Assembly: GCA_000004695.1 (NCBI GenBank)
Contig: CM000154.2
Coordinates: 1,728,001-1,792,000, forward strand
Length of the DNA stretch: 64,000 bases
Origin: Dictyostelium discoideum
Lineage: Eukaryota
Direction: 5' to 3'
The notes under the pieces were generated by a model. It was not told the DNA's origin. It saw only the letters and a list, made by a program, of their open reading frames with translations, and did no database searches. Numbering within the stretch: the stretch's first letter is position 1; every line of letters begins with the position of its first letter. Below are positions 61,774 through 64,000 of this stretch, in pieces. The translations under genes were made by a program, and so were the position numbers.

Positions 61774-62016
61774 AATAAAATAAACATACATAATATTATC
61801 TATAAGGTTATTGTTTAATTTTGAAGATTTATTTAAAGTTGATGTATTAGTTTTTGATTGATTTAATGGTGTAGATGTTGATTCAGTGAAAAATGATGGG
61901 ACTGATCCTGATGAAGTGGATTTGGTTGCAGTGGCTGCACTAAAGTTATTTGTACATGTTTTAAATGAAACTCTTGAAGCTGTTTGAACAGAGAGTTTAG
62001 CAACTCTTTGCATCAT
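61768..62016 (-). CDS. Possible first exon of a small mitochondrial-presequence protein ('MMQRVAKLSVQTASRVSFKTCTNNFSAATATK...'); a candidate 3' exon lies at about 61310-61378
   Basis: A real ATG-ATG start. The N-terminus is basic and hydroxylated, rich in Ser/Thr/Ala/Arg and lacking acidic residues, which is typical of matrix-targeting presequences. The ORF ends in '...LIDNI' at a GTATGT (phase 2). A distant open stretch on the same strand, '(I)RVAGVDSLIGFSLWASDDGG*' after an AAG acceptor, is phase-compatible. The intron would be about 400 nt, which is long for this genome. Confidence 0.25.
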
Positions 62017-62291
62017 TTTTTTTTTTTTTTTTTTACTTTAAATATTTAATGATCTTGTAAAAAAAAAAAAAATTAATACGAAAAACAGAAAAGAAAAAAA
62101 AAAAAAAAAAAAATCAAAAAATTCATTTTTTTTGCTCTGACTGAATGAGAGTAAGTTTTTTTTCATAAAAAAAAAAAAAAAAAAAAAAAACGACAAAATC
62201 TTCGTCTTTTTTTTTTTTATTTTCCAAAAACTTTTTTTTATTTTTTTTTTTTTTATAACAACAACAAAATTTAATAATAATAAATTAAAAA

Positions 62292-64000
62292 ATGGGATTT
62301 GTACCAAAAAATAAAAGAGTTGTTAAAATTAAACATGTTAAATTAAGTGATGCAACAACAGATGAACAACAACATAAAAAGAATACAACATCATTATCAA
62401 ATATTACATCAGAGGTTATTGCAATTACATCAAAAGAAGATAGTTCATTATTTATTTATGATTTAAGAAATGGTAATTTAATAGCAACATTTAATAATAC
62501 AAATAATGATACCAATGGATTTTGTACTATTGGTAGTGAATATTTTGCAACTAGTCAAGCTAATAAAGCAATGATTAATATTTACAATTGGAAAAAGGAT
62601 CAACCAATTTACAAGACCCCAATTCAAGAGAAATCAGGCCCAATCTGTTGTTCATCCGATGGTAATTATCTAGTGATGGGTAGTGCAAGTGGTATGGTTT
62701 ATTTATGGGAGGTTTCAACCGGTACCCTCTTGAGAATGTGGGAGGCCCATTATAACAAGATCTCATGTATCACATTCACCAAAGATGACTTTTACATTAT
62801 AACGGCTGGTGACGATGGTATAATCAATTGTTGGAGTTTTGAACAATGTTTAGATAGAGACGTCAGTTTATTACGTGCACGTAATTCATTCTCTGACCAT
62901 TCTTTAGGTATCACCTCCATCGTTTGCTCATTCGGTGGTTGTAACAGTCGTTTATTCTCAGTATCTTTAGATAGAACTTGTAAAATTTGGGACCTTGTAA
63001 CTGGTCGTTGTATAAATTCAATTATTTTCCCAACTTATTTAACTTCAGTTTGTTTAGACTCAACTGAAACAACTTGTTATGTTGGTGGTGGTGATGGTAT
63101 AATCTATCAAACTGATTTAATTCAATTAAATCCACAATCAATTCAATTATTAAATATAAATAATAATAATAATAATAATAATAATCAAAATAAAAATAAT
63201 AAAAATAATTCATTGGCTGCACAATCATTTACAAATGAAAATGAAGTTGGAAATAAGAGAAAAACATTTAATGGTCATACTAAAGCAATTACATCAATTT
63301 CATTATCAATGGATGGTAGTTTATTAATTTCAGGTTCAATCGATGGTAATTGTAATATATGGGATACTTTCTCTCGTCAAATAGTTAGATCAATTGCAAA
63401 TACAATCAAAGGTAGTATCTCCTCATTAAGTGTATTGATGAATCCAATCGATTCTTTAAATTTCAATGTTAATGGTACTGCTGAAAATAATAAAAAAGCC
63501 TCTGATCCAATAGCTCCATTTGAAAAATACTCTTCAAATAATATTGAACGTACAAGTGTACCAATTAAATTAAAGCAAATCGATGATAATGGAAATATTA
63601 AAATTACAGTTTCAAATTTACAATCTAGAATTGAAAATACAATAGTTTCAAATGAACAAATTACAAATCATACAAATTTAGAAAATAATAATAAAATTAT
63701 AGTAAGTATTTTTAAAAAAAAATTATTAATAATATTCATTCAATATAATTATTTTAATATTTTATTAATAAAATAATTAATTTTTTTTTTTAAAAAAAAA
63801 AAAAAATAGGAATTAAATAAAACTATTCAAGAATATGAAAAAGAAATTTTACAATTTAAAAAACAAATTCAAAATTTACAAGATAATAATAATACACTTA
63901 AATTAACTAATGATCAATTATCAAAACAATTCGTTTTATATAAACAACAACAACAACAACCACAACAATCACAACAACAAAAATCAAAACCAGCTAAAAA
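62292..64000 (+). CDS. WDR18/Ipi3-like WD40 repeat protein (rixosome/pre-rRNA processing type), 3' end beyond the window; join(62292..63701,63810..>64000)
   Basis: ATG at 62292. 'GMVYLWEVSTGTLLRMWEAHYNKISCITFTKDDFYIITAGDDGIINCWSF' aligns closely with the human WDR18 segment '[50 protein letters not shown]'. Further WD blades follow: 'LGITSIVCSFGG...LDRTCKIWDL' and 'FNGHTKAITSISLSMDGSLLISGSIDGNCNIWD'. The first exon ends '...NNKII' at a GTAAGT donor (63702). A TAG acceptor sits at 63807-63809, and the second exon 'ELNKTIQEYEKEILQFKKQIQNLQ...' (coiled coil) runs open to the window end. Confidence 0.75.

Overview
This 64 kb window is AT-rich (about 75-80% A+T) nuclear DNA of the Dictyostelium discoideum type. 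It has poly(A)/poly(T) and (AAT)n tracts, N/Q/T-rich low-complexity coding sequence, and short AT-rich introns (about 80-240 nt) with GTAAGT/GTATGT donors and TAG/CAG acceptors. I can support about 30 protein-coding genes on both strands, most of them housekeeping:

- mitochondrial HslU and Era-type GTPase
- a thioredoxin-fold/TPR protein
- a DCAF4/WDR21-like WD40 protein
- a Gup1/HHAT-like MBOAT acyltransferase
- a NOL8-like RRM protein interrupted by an assembly gap
- an SH2-domain protein kinase (Shk type)
- a RING plus TRAF-type zinc-finger protein
- proteasome subunit Rpn3/psmD3
- eRF1
- a TPR-containing DnaJ protein
- a METTL21-like methyltransferase
- an S9 serine peptidase
- a 4 EF-hand protein
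- ACAD8 (isobutyryl-CoA dehydrogenase)
- a patatin-like phospholipase
- a WDR18/Ipi3-like protein
- several lineage-specific or hypothetical proteins

There are three N-gaps (9638-9737, 14914-15013 and a single n at 11143). Two regions flanking gaps or poly-T runs (about 14750-15130 and 50395-50640) look like low-quality read-end homopolymer artefacts. I found no rRNA, tRNA, CRISPR array or prokaryotic-style defence island, and the findings below do not add up to a novel biological system in this window; the most unusual items are these:

- a 94-aa ubiquitin-like-fold protein ending in a K-Ras-like polybasic/Cys/CaaX membrane anchor
- a transmembrane vWA (MIDAS) protein, with a nearby small gene encoding a possibly related carboxypeptidase-regulatory-like fold
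- a protein with about 40 tandem K-E-K-T-P-[VI] (Ser/Thr-Pro) repeats followed by a long acidic tract
- an apparent frameshift inside the patatin-like gene
- duplicated intergenic sequence elements in a bidirectional promoter region

All coordinates come from manual splice-site reading and may be off by one to a few nucleotides. Many 'M' starts in the supplied ORF track are TTG/GTG codons rather than ATG.
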